A DNA stretch of 64,000 nt from Lingula anatina (Eukaryota > Animalia > Brachiopoda), in the NCBI GenBank assembly GCA_051362555.1, contig CM120649.1:1984001-2048000 (forward strand). The letters are read 5' to 3'. Numbering within the stretch: position 1 is the first letter of the stretch; every line of letters begins with the position of its first letter. Position numbers and translations under genes: made by a program. The notes under the pieces are model-generated. The model searched no databases. It was not told where the DNA came from and saw only the letters and a program-made list of their open reading frames with translations. Positions 38,501 to 59,476 of this stretch are shown one piece after another.

Positions 38501-38872
38501 TGGTGCAATTTTGAAATAAGGTTTGGTGGGAATAATTTAACATAACAGCTAGGCCCATATAGAGGGGGGGGGGGGAGTTAAGATCCTCCCTTTTTGCCAG
38601 AAAAAGTTTCCATCTGGGTAAAATTTTATCTCGGTACATGAAGGTTTTCAGGTGAAAGGTCCATCTCTTCAGAAAAAGATACCTCCCCTCCCTTTTAAAA
38701 TTGCTGACTAGGGGCCTGCACAAGTACTCACTTACTATACATCTTTAGAAAGAGTGAAATTTATTGCCTATGTCACCACATATCTGTCCATCACAGTGGT
38801 TTATTACCTAGCTGTGTCTGTACACATGACAGTGTGTATGTCTATATGTACATGAAAAACGTGCTTACAAGT

Positions 38873-38910
<38 letters not shown>

Positions 38911-39603
38911 TGTTTGGGTATGTCTTTGTGTATGAGTCTATGCTGTGTGCATCGATCGTGTGTGCATGCATGCATGCAGTTACGAGTACATGTATACATG
39001 TACGTGACTGCATGCATGTGACAATTAAGTTGTCAATATCCTTATACTAACAACCACAAAGAAATTGTATTAAATGCAATCAACAAATCATAATTTATGC
39101 AATCATAAATACAATCTTTTACCTGATTAATTAAATCATAAATTGAAAAAAAAACTTACCCAACCCCCTTTCTCAACAAGCCAGTAAACAACATTCCTTT
39201 CTATAAAAAACACAAAGTTTTCGATAAGAGGCGCAACGAACTCGGCGTGGCCTTGTTTGACACAGTCTTCAGCGAAAACGCCCGCCAAGGCAAACAGAGA
39301 TACCACCTTCCCCCAAGTTAAGCCGTTTTTTATCAGCTGTTCGGCGACGTCCGTATACAAGGACTTCACAGTCGCCTCATTGCTAAATGTAGTGTTTAGC
39401 TGGCGCGAAATCTCACTGTACAAGTTCGGATACATTTTCTCCAACTCTTGTCCGATTCTCTGGATTTCAATGGAGGTGTCGGAGAACTTTTCGGGAGCTT
39501 GGCCCAACTTTTTCGAAGCGACTCCATCTCGCTTAAGCCGGTTGTGGATGTAGTCCCTGCAGAGCGTTCTTCCCTGTTCGGCGATCTCTTTCTCCGTTTC
39601 CAT
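35523..39603 (-). CDS. BOK: Bcl-2-related ovarian killer (BOK)-like protein (186 aa, 2 coding exons)
   Basis: Exons 39603-39160 and 35639-35523. KEIAEQGRTLCRDYIHNRL (BH4), IQRIGQELE (BH3), LTWGKVVSLF (BOK-type BH1), WLVEKGGW (BH2) and a C-terminal TM anchor LFWFIGGFGALIGFTVTALVSLGL. Confidence 0.92.
35773..35825. repeat. (TATAA)n microsatellite
   Basis: Seen directly. Confidence 0.9.
36333..36505. mobile_element. MITE with CTGGGGT/ACCCCAG ends; related inverted copy at ~60225-60404
   Basis: TIR CTGGGGTAGCGCTA / TAGTGCCACCCCAG with AGAGG on both flanks. Internal CACTTGCCAATTTAGCCAAA is reverse-complemented at ~60369-60389. Confidence 0.6.
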
Positions 39604-40066
39604 CTTGCGCTCTGAAAACCCTGTTTTCCCGTCGACCTCCAACGCGAGTTATGGAACCATCCGAGATGATTAATACACTTTGAAGCTGAAATAAATAGGC
39701 GGCCGACTTCTCCCACGAACAAACACCTGTTCCGCCTGTTTCTAGGTCAAGGTCAGCGTCGCAATCGAAATAAACAAGCAGGTGACACTCTAGCGCATCT
39801 AACACAATCAGACTAAATAACGTTAACGATTGGGACGACTCGAACCTCTTGGCGATTCCTCTATGAAATCTTTTTTTCCCCGTCTTTTCATTTCGTAGTC
39901 TTGTAGGGGATGGGGGCACCGATTTTAAACTAAAGGTACTCTTATTGTGAGTCTTTCATAAGTTCTACTGATATTTTAAATTATATTAAAATCCATGGAA
40001 GTTTGCGCGAAAAGTATTAACTTAGGCTTCGTTCACATGGAATGTCTATTTTCTAAAAATTATGCA

Positions 40067-40426
40067 TTTTTTTTTTTATTTTTTATGAAGGCGTGTTCAC
40101 TGAAATAGTTTAAGGCTTCATTCACATACAATGTCTATTTTCTAAATTCTATTTTCTATTCGCACTATCTTATGATCACGGTCTGTGCCCTGAATATCCC
40201 GCCGCGTAATTACTGGCAGCGCGAGCCAGTTACTTATAGTAACTTATTGTAACTGGCGCGCGCTGCCAGTAATTACGCCGCGGGATATTAAGGGCACAGA
40301 CCGTGATCATAAGACATACCGCGAATAGAAAATAGAATTTAGAAAATAGACATTGTATGTGAATGAAGCCTTGAACTATTTCAGTGAACACGCCTTCATA
40401 AAAAAAAAAAAAAAAAAAAAAAAAAT
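40067..40426. mobile_element. Large palindrome: Harbinger-like MITE (40114-40370) plus extra inverted flanks
   Basis: GGCTTCATTCACATACAATGTCTATTTTCTAAATTC.. / ..GAATTTAGAAAATAGACATTGTATGTGAATGAAGCC. Outer arms ATGAAGGCGTGTTCACTGAAATAGTT / AACTATTTCAGTGAACACGCCTTCAT, bounded by poly-T/poly-A. Confidence 0.85.
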
Positions 40427-41417
40427 TGGTAATGCTGATAGAAAGTAACATATATTAAATATAAATCACGCTGGGTATGCATTTGAAAATGCAGGACGCA
40501 AGCACAAAAGCACATTCATGCAGGAACTTGAAAAATAAAATTGAACACTTCATTGACAATTAAGCATATATTCTCAAATTCTTAACAATTAACATCTGAC
40601 TGCAGTATATCCTACATTCACCTTTCAATATAAAGGTAGATAAAACTTCTTTTGAATAATTTCAAACAAATATGTTAAAATAAGACGATGTTATAAGTCT
40701 TAATGAAAAATGCAGTCTGTTCTTTTTTTTTTTCTTTTTACTTGACAAATAAATCCTCTATTCTGCAAGGAAAAATATTCAAGCTCAGATTTGAACAGCA
40801 TTGAGATACAATTCGTACCAAATAACTGCCTTGAAAACCTGCTTTCAATTTTTATCAAGAAGTAAAATATCTAATTCTAAGATGAACAGAGGTCACAATA
40901 TTGAAAGCCAGAGACACATCAGACCACAAAAATGAATAAATAAAAATACAAGGTTGCACAGAAAAACCAACCTTCAATTCTTTTCCTTACAAAGTTTCTG
41001 AATTTTCTGAACCTGTGCAGTATACACCCTCTGAGTAGATCAAAAATTAGTTCTTACACAGCCACATCTTGGATACTGTGAACTTCCTCCTGGTTCAAAT
41101 CCTTTCTGATTCACATTTGGCTGCTACAGCATCATGACATTTACTTTATATATAGGTAAGTGTGGTCTTAAAATAAATAAATAAATAAATAAACGGGAGC
41201 TGTTTGTGTGCAGAGTACACCCCATGTCTTTCATTCAAATCCACAAATGCATTACTTTTGCCAATTCTGAACCAGGAAACATTGTAGTTTTTATGAAATA
41301 AAATACTCTTTGTCCCAGTTCTGTAAGCTTTTTGCACTGAAATCACATGAAATGAAAACTGAACACTCCTGATATGATGATGAGACTGATGATGATGTGG
41401 TGTATGAAGATCTTTCC

Positions 41418-42082
41418 CTATTTGTGGGCATCTAACAAGTCTTTGGCTTCGTTTATTTTTGCTGCCAGATAGGGGGAGCCACCTGCAAAATAAAAGGCAA
41501 AGAATTCTGGTGAAATCTGTGCTGATTATTACTTGAGCAGAAGTATGAAAAGAAACATCTGACAGGATTGAAAGATAACAAGCCAACAAATGCTTAAAGA
41601 TTATAAACCGTAAAATCCACACTAATAGAAGACAACTTCTTATGCACAAATGTCCCGAATCACAAAACTAAACTCTGGTGACTTTATTTCACAGGAACAT
41701 TATTTTGAATAACTTCTTTTGACTTACAACTGAGTACTGAACACCCTCATTTCCAGATAAAAAGGAAGATGGCTGACAGTTTGGGGGAGAGAAGGAAGAA
41801 AATAACTGATACAATTGGTGGTGTTTTGGGGGCAAATTCCACCCCTTTAATCCTCTCCTTACTTACAAACCCCCTTTTTTTAGAGCAGAGTAAGGCCAAT
41901 TTATTTCAGTTATCCTTGCACTTGAAAGAGAAAGTAGAGGATTGGCAGGCAATGTGCACTTTTCAATTTTTCAACAGCCATCGGCCACCTTCGTCAGGAG
42001 TAATATAACACTTCCACACAGCTTAATGTACTCTAAGCTGCGTGGGGATGATTCCCAATGAAGACGACTGTTAGACATTTAT

Positions 42083-42143
<61 letters not shown>

Positions 42144-44106
42144 TACCAACCTCTGTCTGGGTGATTTGCTATCATTATCTTTTTGTGAGCATCCTTAATT
42201 TTGGCTTTACTGGCTTGTGGGCTGGAAAAAAAATTATATAAAACGTGAATTTTTAGGTGATACTGTAGAATGGCCTTTGGAAAAACACTCTACACACATA
42301 AGTCTAGGTGTTGACTTCTGACTTAAATATCAGACAACATAAAAATATATAAATATATCTTGAGACTGATCAACATGTTACTGAAGTGGTGAAGTGAATC
42401 TACCTGACTCCTAGGATGAGAGAAGCTTCTCTCTTTGTCATTTTGGCATCAAAGCCGCCCCTGTAGTATTTGCTTCCTGCCTGAAATGTGATGAAAACAG
42501 TTAAAAACATCTATACATGTTTATACTTTAACTGATTAAGAAACAAATGATTGATACAGCAAAATTAGAGAGTGAGTATAGTATGAAAATCTTTTCATTA
42601 TTTTGGGGCACAAATAATGTTTATTTATCTATTTAAAAGTCATTTTCACATAATTTTTTATTTATCTATTTCCTTCATTTTTGTTGGTAGGGACGATCAA
42701 ACTGTAACTTCAATACTTACAGCAGTAGGAAGGGCGTCAATTTGTTTTTTCAGCATTTCCCCTGCAACTTTGCCATGTTTTGCTGCATAGCGACCTGGAA
42801 TAAATAATATGTGACTAGATTATTCAAAAGGTTTTATACTTATGTTTTATCCTTTCAATCATTTATTAAAGGATAATAACTTTGTTTCGGCCAAAAAATG
42901 AATTTTCCTGGATTAAACAACAAATTTTCCATACTTACCAATGGTTAATGAATCCATTTTTACATTCAAAGTTAGTCCCTGGTTTTTTTTTCTAAAAAGT
43001 TTGGTTTTTTGTTAAAATCTCTTAAGAGATTTTAACAGAGTATAGCCATCAATGGAGGTCACGTGGTCTAAAGACAAGCTCAGATATCAGAATAATAGCT
43101 ATAACTTCCGTTTTTGTGGTAAAACAGAATATATTATATTTCTTTGAGTTATTCACAATGTTTTTATTGTGAAATATAGATCTCATACGAAGAGTTATTA
43201 TCCCTTTAATGCCTGTGTGTATGTGTGTGTAAAAGAGAGAGAGAGAGAGAGTGAGGGAGAGAGGGAGGGGGGACAATTATTGGTAAGCAATATTTCTTAT
43301 TTAATATTACTGGGACAGTGAAAGAACATTTTGACCTTAATTTATTAGTTGTTCAGTTTGGAACCTGATATAAGCACTATGCAGTTTTGTTCTTCATATT
43401 CCAAGCCCCAACCTTTATTTGATCCCTTAATATAGCTTAAATAAACAAATAAATAATTATAAATAAAACTATGGCCGCATTCAGAGCAGTGGCCTTACTT
43501 ATCCGTGGGCCGAATATGGCCAACCCACTTGAATACTTCCCAACGAAAAACATGTACAGTGTCTATTAGTGGATTAGATGGCAGATATTTTAGTGTGTAC
43601 CATTATTTGACCCTTGGACTAGTTAGTCCACTGTTCTGAATATGGCCAATGAGAACTTCACAGAACTTGTCACCAACCTGCGATGCCTAGGGCTGCTATA
43701 CCCAACCCTGCTATTATCAAACCACTCTGAAATTAGGAGAAAACACATGATAACAGAGATGCTTTCAAAAGGAATCAAAAACTTCAAGCAGGAGCTATAA
43801 ATCAGATCTTACAAGGGGGAAAAACCACTGAAAAAAAATGCAATAAACCGAGTTGAGAATAGACACTGGTGTCCCTTTGAGGGATATTTTTGAAAGTCAA
43901 GGCATAAATATTAAAAAACACAGTTGTACGACACTTTTGACGTGCGCTTTTCTAATGACGCAATTTCTAAATTCTAGAAACATTCGTAAACCTTTTAAAG
44001 GCACGAGTCTCAATCTTCAACAACTACACTTCAACCTTACCGCCGACTTGGGGTTCACACTACCCGATTTAACTAGATCATGCCAAATTTTCTGTCTGCC
44101 AGACAT
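41418..44106 (-). CDS. DNAJC19: Mitochondrial import motor J-protein Pam18/TIM14 (DNAJC15/DNAJC19 family; 133 aa, 6 coding exons)
   Basis: Missed by the ORF track. Exons 44106-44041, 43726-43678, 42794-42721, 42480-42404, 42221-42151, 41482-41418. They give [46 protein letters not shown]...[66 protein letters not shown]. HPD motif intact, phases consistent. Confidence 0.93.
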
Positions 44107-44824
44107 AACGACATCAGCAAAACTTTTGTTGACCTTCTACGCAAAAGTTCAAGGTGAAATTTAAGAACAGTCTATTAAAAATAGATATTTGACTTCGTGC
44201 CAAATCCTACTTGTGCGCCGGACGAATAGCGTTTTGGTCGAAGCAGAATATTTACCATGACACTAGGGCCGTGGACCCTGGTTTCGGTGGGCTGCCTATC
44301 CTCTCTAAAATCCAGATTTCGATCTTACCAAAAGCTGGTAGTTTTATATCTCTATGATTAATTTGTAGTTATTGCTTACGAAACTTTCAGGCGACAAGCG
44401 AAGCTCACGTTTTTAAAGGGAAGTAGATGGCGCTGACGCGTCATGCAAGACAAGTTCACCAGTTCACCGGACTTATAATAAATGGGAAAAATTCCACAGG
44501 TTGGATATTTTCCGTATTTTGAGGACATTTCTTAAGGAAAAAAGCCCACTTAATCCAAAACAATTTGTTTTGACATCATATGTATCGTTTTATATTCCTT
44601 CTAAGCCCTTTCTAAGCCTAGCTTGAGAGCGACAGTCGTAAATGGTATCTTAAATTTCTTGCTAAAAATTTGGCGAGAAACTAAAAAAAGATTTCTCGAC
44701 TTTTGAAGAGCTGAATGTCTATTGAAAAGTGCTTTATTTGTTGGAATTTTATTTTAAAACTGAGCAGTTTTTTATAGTCAAGCTGCTACTTTGGAGAACC
44801 TTAATGCTTGTGAAAAAGATTAAG
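44107..44824. promoter_or_regulatory. Probable bidirectional promoter for DNAJC19 and EARS2, including a likely EARS2 5' UTR exon
   Basis: Divergent genes with a CpG-enriched interval. YY1-like AGATGGCG (~44425), palindrome TGACGCGTCA (44434-44443) and strong donor AAG|GTAAGT at 44825. Confidence 0.6.
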
Positions 44825-45371
44825 GTAAGTGACAATCTGTCTTCTGCTACTACTTACTATTTGACTTGTTACTGTACTACTATACATGTAGTACTCTGCA
44901 GTGCCCCTTACTTGTGATGTACTTAAGTTTTATTGTAAGCCCTAACTAAAAAACCGAGGTAACTCTGCACTCATCTGTATCAGTCTCAGCAGAAATATTT
45001 ATTTATTGTACTAGAATATATATTCTTGTGAAAGATGATTGGGACATACATGCACATGTACCATTTCATAGTGCTTATACTGGTATATATATTCAAACCT
45101 AAGCTCAGTAACAGTGAAATGTATTTGAAAATTAGGTAAACCTTTCTTTACTGTAAACCACACTCTCTCTAGCTCAAGCCTCCTCCTCTCTTCCTCATCA
45201 AGAACACTGATGAGACTTTTCCAGCGTTTCTCGGATTTCTGACTTTTTCAGGGTCATTTGGGTCATTCTTGTGAATCGTGTAAATCCGGTGAATTGTGTA
45301 ACTCCTACTTTTTCAGTGAGGACTTGTTTCATGCCTTCAAAAAATTACTGTTCATTCCCTTCCAAAAATAA

Positions 45372-53311
<7,940 letters not shown>

Positions 53312-55822
53312 GGAAAAAGAACTGTGGTCTCATCTTGGCTTGCAGACAGTGCCATCTATACACTAAATACGACTGGGCTAAGGCAGGGACATGATACCTT
53401 GGATTATTTTAATGAGAAGGCTGGCGGGTAGGGGAGGGGGGGGAGTTGTGGCGTCTCAATAGCTGTCACTTTCTTCGAAACTTATGATATTACAGAAGCT
53501 GCAGATGGTTAAAAATTCTACAAAAACATTTCATACTGTGAGAGTAATTGCTTATATGAAGTTTTTAATAAATGCTTTATTCTATATTGTCTATTTATCC
53601 AAAATACAGACAAAAATTTGTGTATAATGGCTGAAATACCTTAGTGTATCATGTCAGCTCAAAAACGGTGACCTAAATATTTCCTGATGAATTAAGAATC
53701 AACAAGTAAGCCTAAATTGTGACATTGCCTCAAACTTTTTGAAAATGTCTAAGTACAATAAGCTTGGATGTATTCACTATGCGATCAAATTTGGTCAATA
53801 TCATAGCACAGATATAGTTATGATCATAGAATGCAAATATTTAAACCTTGTTCAGGACAATCATAGTCTCCTCATTATTTCTTTCTAAAATAATATAAAT
53901 ACTTATCAAAGAACATTTAAAAATACAGTAACTTTTACAGCCTTGGCGTATACTACAATTCTAAAGCTATACAGTCCAGATGTATGAGGAATCATGGGGT
54001 TTGGGTGATTAAAAAATCAATTAAATGTACAAATTTCCAGTGACTAAAATAGATTTATAACCCTCTGACCTATATTATCAAGTACAAAGTTCTGAAATGC
54101 AGCATAAATGCCCCCTGGAAACTTCATGTGGACTTTTGTCTTTATATATATATATCAGTCCAATCTTACTAGAGAAATATAAAAATGTCTAACATTTTTC
54201 GTTGTAACTCCTTAAGCTGGCACAGCTATGAACTCCAATGATATTATGTATATACATTCTAAGTACTATCTATTGAATAATTCCCACCAATTTAAGTCAT
54301 TTCAAAGAAAACTTTTCTTTTGTACTTAAACATCAAGTATGTTCATTTTGTAAAAAACAAAAAAGAGACAGAGAAAATACTGCATTCAATTTTGCTTCAG
54401 TATTTGTTTGCAAGCAAAGATTGTGAAGTAAAACTAATTAATAAAAAAGGAAACATTTATTTGAAAAAAAAAAAGACATAACCTCCACCCCACCCACCCA
54501 TTTGTAATAAATTATATGAAAATACTGGGTAAACTGACATTTTCACCTGGAGTGTCACAGTCACATGGATGTCAAAATCATTCAGCCGTCTCCTAACACA
54601 TGTTACTGACTAATCACATGGTCAGGTGAACACGCCTGTCCCCCCACCCCCACCCCTCCACCCTGAGTTTCACAGCTTTTCTATACTTATAACAAAGGAT
54701 CAGTTTTCTATGGATCACAGTGTTTGGATACATATGCTGAGCCTTCCTACTGACAAGGGGACACGCCCACTCCATCTGTCAACCACGAGGAACTGATGAC
54801 ACCACAGTCAATGACAACAGCCACTGTCTGAGTTGGGATTATGATAACCAAGAGATAAATTAAAGAAGGGAACAAATCTTCCATCAGTCAGGGACCTGAT
54901 ACATGTATAAGGACCAATCAAATTATTTTTTTCCTTCTTTTATAATGCTTAAAGGATGTAATCAGTTCATGTGGCTTCATCTCAGCTCTCTTCTCCTGCT
55001 GATCTTAAGATCTAAATCTGTTAAAACTTGAAAATTTAATTGGTCTCGAAAGTTTTGTCCAAAGATGATTCTCCCCCGATGTAAATTTTTTCACTATGAA
55101 AATATCATCAAAATTACAAATGGGCCTCTTGGTTATTTTGATTGTCACCTAATGTAGCCTTGTCAGATTCACACTTCAGTGGTTACTGACACTCAAGGTG
55201 AAAGGAAGACATATACAGTAATCACATATCTCCAAAACTGGATCAATTGGCACCCTGAGTGTACAACTTCTGATTGGCATTAAATGTGGTATAAACTGTT
55301 TTCTGGTATGGCATGAAGTAGCCTGATACAGGGATGAGACCCATCCACACTGAGAAAGTAGGAAAATTGGCTGGGGTCCAGGGTACACGATTCACAAGAA
55401 TGACCCAAATGACCCTGAAAAAGTCGGAAAAGTCTCATCATTGTGATACTTAGGGGTGATCATAGGGTAGTCCAATACCCTGAAACTCAAAGAGATGGTG
55501 AAGCCTACACAGTCCATCTTCTGAACAACAGGGTGATAAACACAGTGGACACAAGGGCAGGGATGAGGCTGACATTTAGTGAAAAAGTCTGAAAATATGG
55601 CGTGGCATTCAGACATACACCCCTCCCCCACAACCAGTTTTTATTGCAGATCAGCATTGGTCTCAAAAATGATATTTTTGGCTCCCAAAAAGTCGATAAT
55701 CTGCTGATAGTTGGAAAAATCTAATCCCTGCACTAAGTATAATAACAAGTTGAGAAGGAAATAATCCAAACTTTTGACATCCAGGATGAAAACATCATTT
55801 AAGACAGACATTTTCTGGCTCT

Positions 55823-58800
55823 TTAACCATTTCCGAACTGGTTCTCACCAAAAGTCACAATCATCACAGTAATATTATCAAAGGCCCCTTTTTCATACGC
55901 TGCCCACACCAAGTCACTAGCACCAAAATCTGCCTCGTGAAGTCGCTGCTCGATGAATTTCACTGCATCCTCATTGCTGAACATGTCCCATAATCCATCT
56001 GTTGCGAGGATGATGAATTTGGGTCGAAGTTCTTTCAGGTCAAATGTCAGTACGTCTGGCTTTGCGATCACCAGGTTGTTAAGTTTGAGAGGATAATCGC
56101 CCAAAGCTCTGGAGACTGCCAGAATGCCAGCGACTCGCCATACACCTGTGAAAGAGATAAAGCCACCTGCTTCTTCAATCCTTTGGCGTTCTTTTACCTG
56201 AAAGAGAGACAAAAACATGTAAATAATTAAAATTTCCAAATTTCTTTTTGGGATAAAAATCTATGATATTAACTGCAAAATTATTTTGTCAACCAACACA
56301 AACAACACTGAATTTAGATTTTCTGCATGCGAAATCAATTTAAAAAGTGATATTTATTTTTTCTTTGTGAGAACTACTTTAAAATAATTGTATAAAATAT
56401 AAAAATAAGGAGCCACTGAACTGAATAAATACTTGTATTTTAAATCATTTAACTATGTTAATGCCTTACAAAGTCAACATACTTGTTTTCACTAATAAAT
56501 ATTACAAAACACTTATCAGACACAGACATATCTTTGCCATTTATAATTTAAGCATCCTGATAAAAAGACTATTTTTTTCCTCTGGATGCTGACCGTATTT
56601 ACACTCATTAATTTTTCTATCATCACTACTCCAAAGATAATGATAATATCAAATGATTTCACTCTGACTTAACAGTAGTTAATGTGTCCATACCTGATTT
56701 GGTTTATGATCAAAAGAGAGCGCCACTGTCTTCCCATCTTTATCACAAAGGACTCCCCGAGAGTCGCCAACATTTGCAACGGTCAGCTTGTTTTTATTCA
56801 ATATAGAGATGATAGCTGTGGTCCCTGAAGATTATAACACAATAAATATCAATCTTTGCCACATATGTTTTAACCTACTGGGCCCAGTTTTGTGAACACT
56901 AGATGGCTTTATATCCTACGGATAACACTATCCATTCAATGGATAAAATTATTGTCCTCTGGACAGTTATCCTGTAGGTAAAGTTATGTTTCCCAAACAC
57001 TCGATAGTTATTATTTGTCTCAGCTATCCAGTTGACAAGAATGTCAGCTATCCTTGGAATAACTGTCCATAGGTTGACCATTCTATCCACTATCTACTGT
57101 TAATGAAACTGGACCTTTTGAGCAACCAGGATCTAATGAGATTATTCTGACCCACGACAGAGGCCAGTTATTGGGCTTCGTTCACATGCAATGTCTATTT
57201 TCTAAATTCTATTTTCTATTCGCGCTATCTTATGATCACGGTCTGTGCACTGAATATCCCGCCGCGTAATTACTGGCAGCGCGAGCCAGTTACTATAAGT
57301 TACTATAAGTAACTGGCTCGCGCTGCCAGTAATTACGCTATAAGTTACTATAAGTAACTGGCTCGCGCTGCCAGTAATTACGCGGCGGGATATTCAGTGC
57401 ACAGACCGTGATCATAAGACATGCCGCAAATAGAAAATAGAATTTAGAAAATAGACATTGCATGTGAACGAAGCCTTAGTCATACATGTACTGGACACTT
57501 AACACAAATTTTTTGGCCTAGCTATTATTTATTCCCATTTTGGCACAGTGCTAATACCTCGGTCACAGAGTGTCATATAATAACTCAGAGCAAAACTCCA
57601 CCAAAATAATCCCTAGACAGTTTAATAATTACTAGTACTGTTATGTGTAAGCAATATCACATTAATGACTTTCAACAAACCTGACAATTCTTTACTTTGT
57701 TGACCAATTTTCAACAGTTCACTGTCAACACTTAAAATTTCTTCCTCTAAAACTTTTGAGTAGTCTTCGTCCTTGCCGTCCAGTGCAGCCTGCAGAATTC
57801 GGACCATTACAGACTTGAATAATAACTTTTCAGTAAATTCAGCAGCAAACTGAAAAGGATAAATGGAACATGAAATGGATGGTTTAAGATATAACAAAAA
57901 CATGACATGCAGTCTGCAGTGCATTCTTGAGTTCAAAACAGACAATGGGTGAAAATTCTCTGAAAGCAGGTTAGATGATGTGTCCAGTAAAAGGTAACAG
58001 CTAGTCTGATAAGTTATCTTTTAGCACTTTTTTTCTTAATTGTTATTGAAGGGGGGGCGTCTCGATAGTCCGAAGATTCATTGGTCCGAAAAGTGGTAAC
58101 ATTTTCATCGATTTTTTTAATCAGGGGTTCATTGGTCCGAAGGTTCTATAGCTAACATTCGGACCAATGAACCTTCGGACTATTGAACCTTCGGACTATC
58201 GCTACGGCCCCCATTGAAGCTCACACCAGTGAACACCAATTAAAAAATGTTAAAATTTAAAAACTTATTATATACTCAGTACTGTAAAAACATTTAAACA
58301 AACAAAAAATGGACTATGGCAATGCACCCTAAACAACTGGTATTGCAATACATTTCATAGTAACAACTCAGATACTAGTACAGCATCTGCCAAGGCCAAC
58401 TTTGGTTGCTTATATTTATTTTTGATTATTAAGTATGGCTTATCATATTTCACCTGAATTATTGATTGAACTCAATTCCTAAACCCCTTACGGACCTCAC
58501 CTCTCCTCCATGTCCATCGAACACACCGTACACAGACGTCCCCGTCCTCTCCACATCTGAGACAAAATTGAACCGATCTTCCATCTGACCTCGCCGACCT
58601 TGGATTGCCACTACGGCAACATTGTCTTTAACGACTTTCCAGGTGGTCTTGTCTTCGTCAGATGCTGATATTATGTCAATGGGCTCTGGAATATCAACAC
58701 TACTGAAGTGTCGAAACCAGGTGAATTTCAACGTTCGGATAACTGTGTACATGATGAACGGCCCGTATAAAAACATCGCGTAAAGAAGAAATGACAAGCC

Positions 58801-58881
58801 TGCAACTAATGCAGCCTCTTGGCTGATGAGAACTCGCCTCACGTACGACATAATATAGGGATATCCTCGCTGTAAATCCAT
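55823..58881 (-). CDS. PPM1L: Protein phosphatase 1L (PP2C-epsilon; 351 aa, 4 coding exons)
   Basis: Exons 58881-58501, 57849-57681, 56824-56694, 56197-55823. N-terminal TM segment, QGRRGQMEDR, VFDGHGG, GTTA, VANVGDSRG, DHKP, LAVSRALGD, ILATDGLWD and DNITV motifs. Confidence 0.95.
57174..57475. mobile_element. Palindromic Harbinger-like MITE, same family as 40114-40370, with internal ~45-bp duplication
   Basis: GGCTTCGTTCACATGCAATG ... CATTGCATGTGAACGAAGCC; TATAAGTTACTATAAGTAACTGGCTCGCGCTGCCAGTAATTACGC occurs twice. Confidence 0.88.
58051..58212. mobile_element. Foldback/MITE with TTCGGAC subterminal repeats
   Basis: Reverse complement of 23279-23437. Confidence 0.75.
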
Positions 58882-58952
58882 TTTCAATGCGAATATTTAA
58901 GGAATTTATGAGTTCATCCACAAAAATATCGCACCCCCACCTCCATAGTTAA

Positions 58953-58983
58953 GGGTGCATTGTGGGATAGGTACGCATGCGCA
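58953..58983. promoter_or_regulatory. ZNF143/Staf-like and NRF1-like sites in a divergent promoter
   Basis: GGGTGCATTGTGGGATAG (reverse complement TCCCACAATGCACC) next to TACGCATGCGCA, between PPM1L and the next gene. Confidence 0.6.
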
Positions 58984-59476
58984 GCAGTGATGAGGAGAGG
59001 TGTAGATTTTTACCTTTTGTGGAATATATGTACACTATTGCTGTTTTTAGCATTGGTGATTTATTTATTTAGAACATTCCTAATGTGAGAAGAAACAATA
59101 GTGCACTTAGGTAGGTTTGATATTCACAGTAGAAAAGAAACGGATATAAAATCAACTTTCGTTCCCTAGATTCGACCCTGACCTTGTAAACATTTTGACA
59201 AGTGGCATGACATAATAAGTAGAGATTATGGGATTTCACGATTCTTTTTGATAAATTATTCTATTTCTTTGCTGAATTGTTCTCTTCAGAAGACAAAAGG
59301 CAAGCCAACTCCATAAATCTGTAATTTTTTTCTTCTTGCCTCTTTTCAGCTCCAGTGCCAAATACAGAATCTGTGATATTAAGTGTTACCTTGTCCAAAT
59401 AATGACACAGCTATTTCTGCCCAAGAACACATGTATTCTCTCATAGCTGATATCTATAGCCTTGTAAAATGAATAT

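Noticed and set aside
39604-39642. ORF-track start of BOK at 39642
   Set aside because: TTG start; the first in-frame ATG after an upstream stop is at 39603.
45207-45245. CTGATGA as a hammerhead ribozyme core or C/D snoRNA box (also minus strand ~3570-3592)
   Set aside because: No pairing stem II followed by GAAA, and C-to-D spacing too short with no terminal stem.
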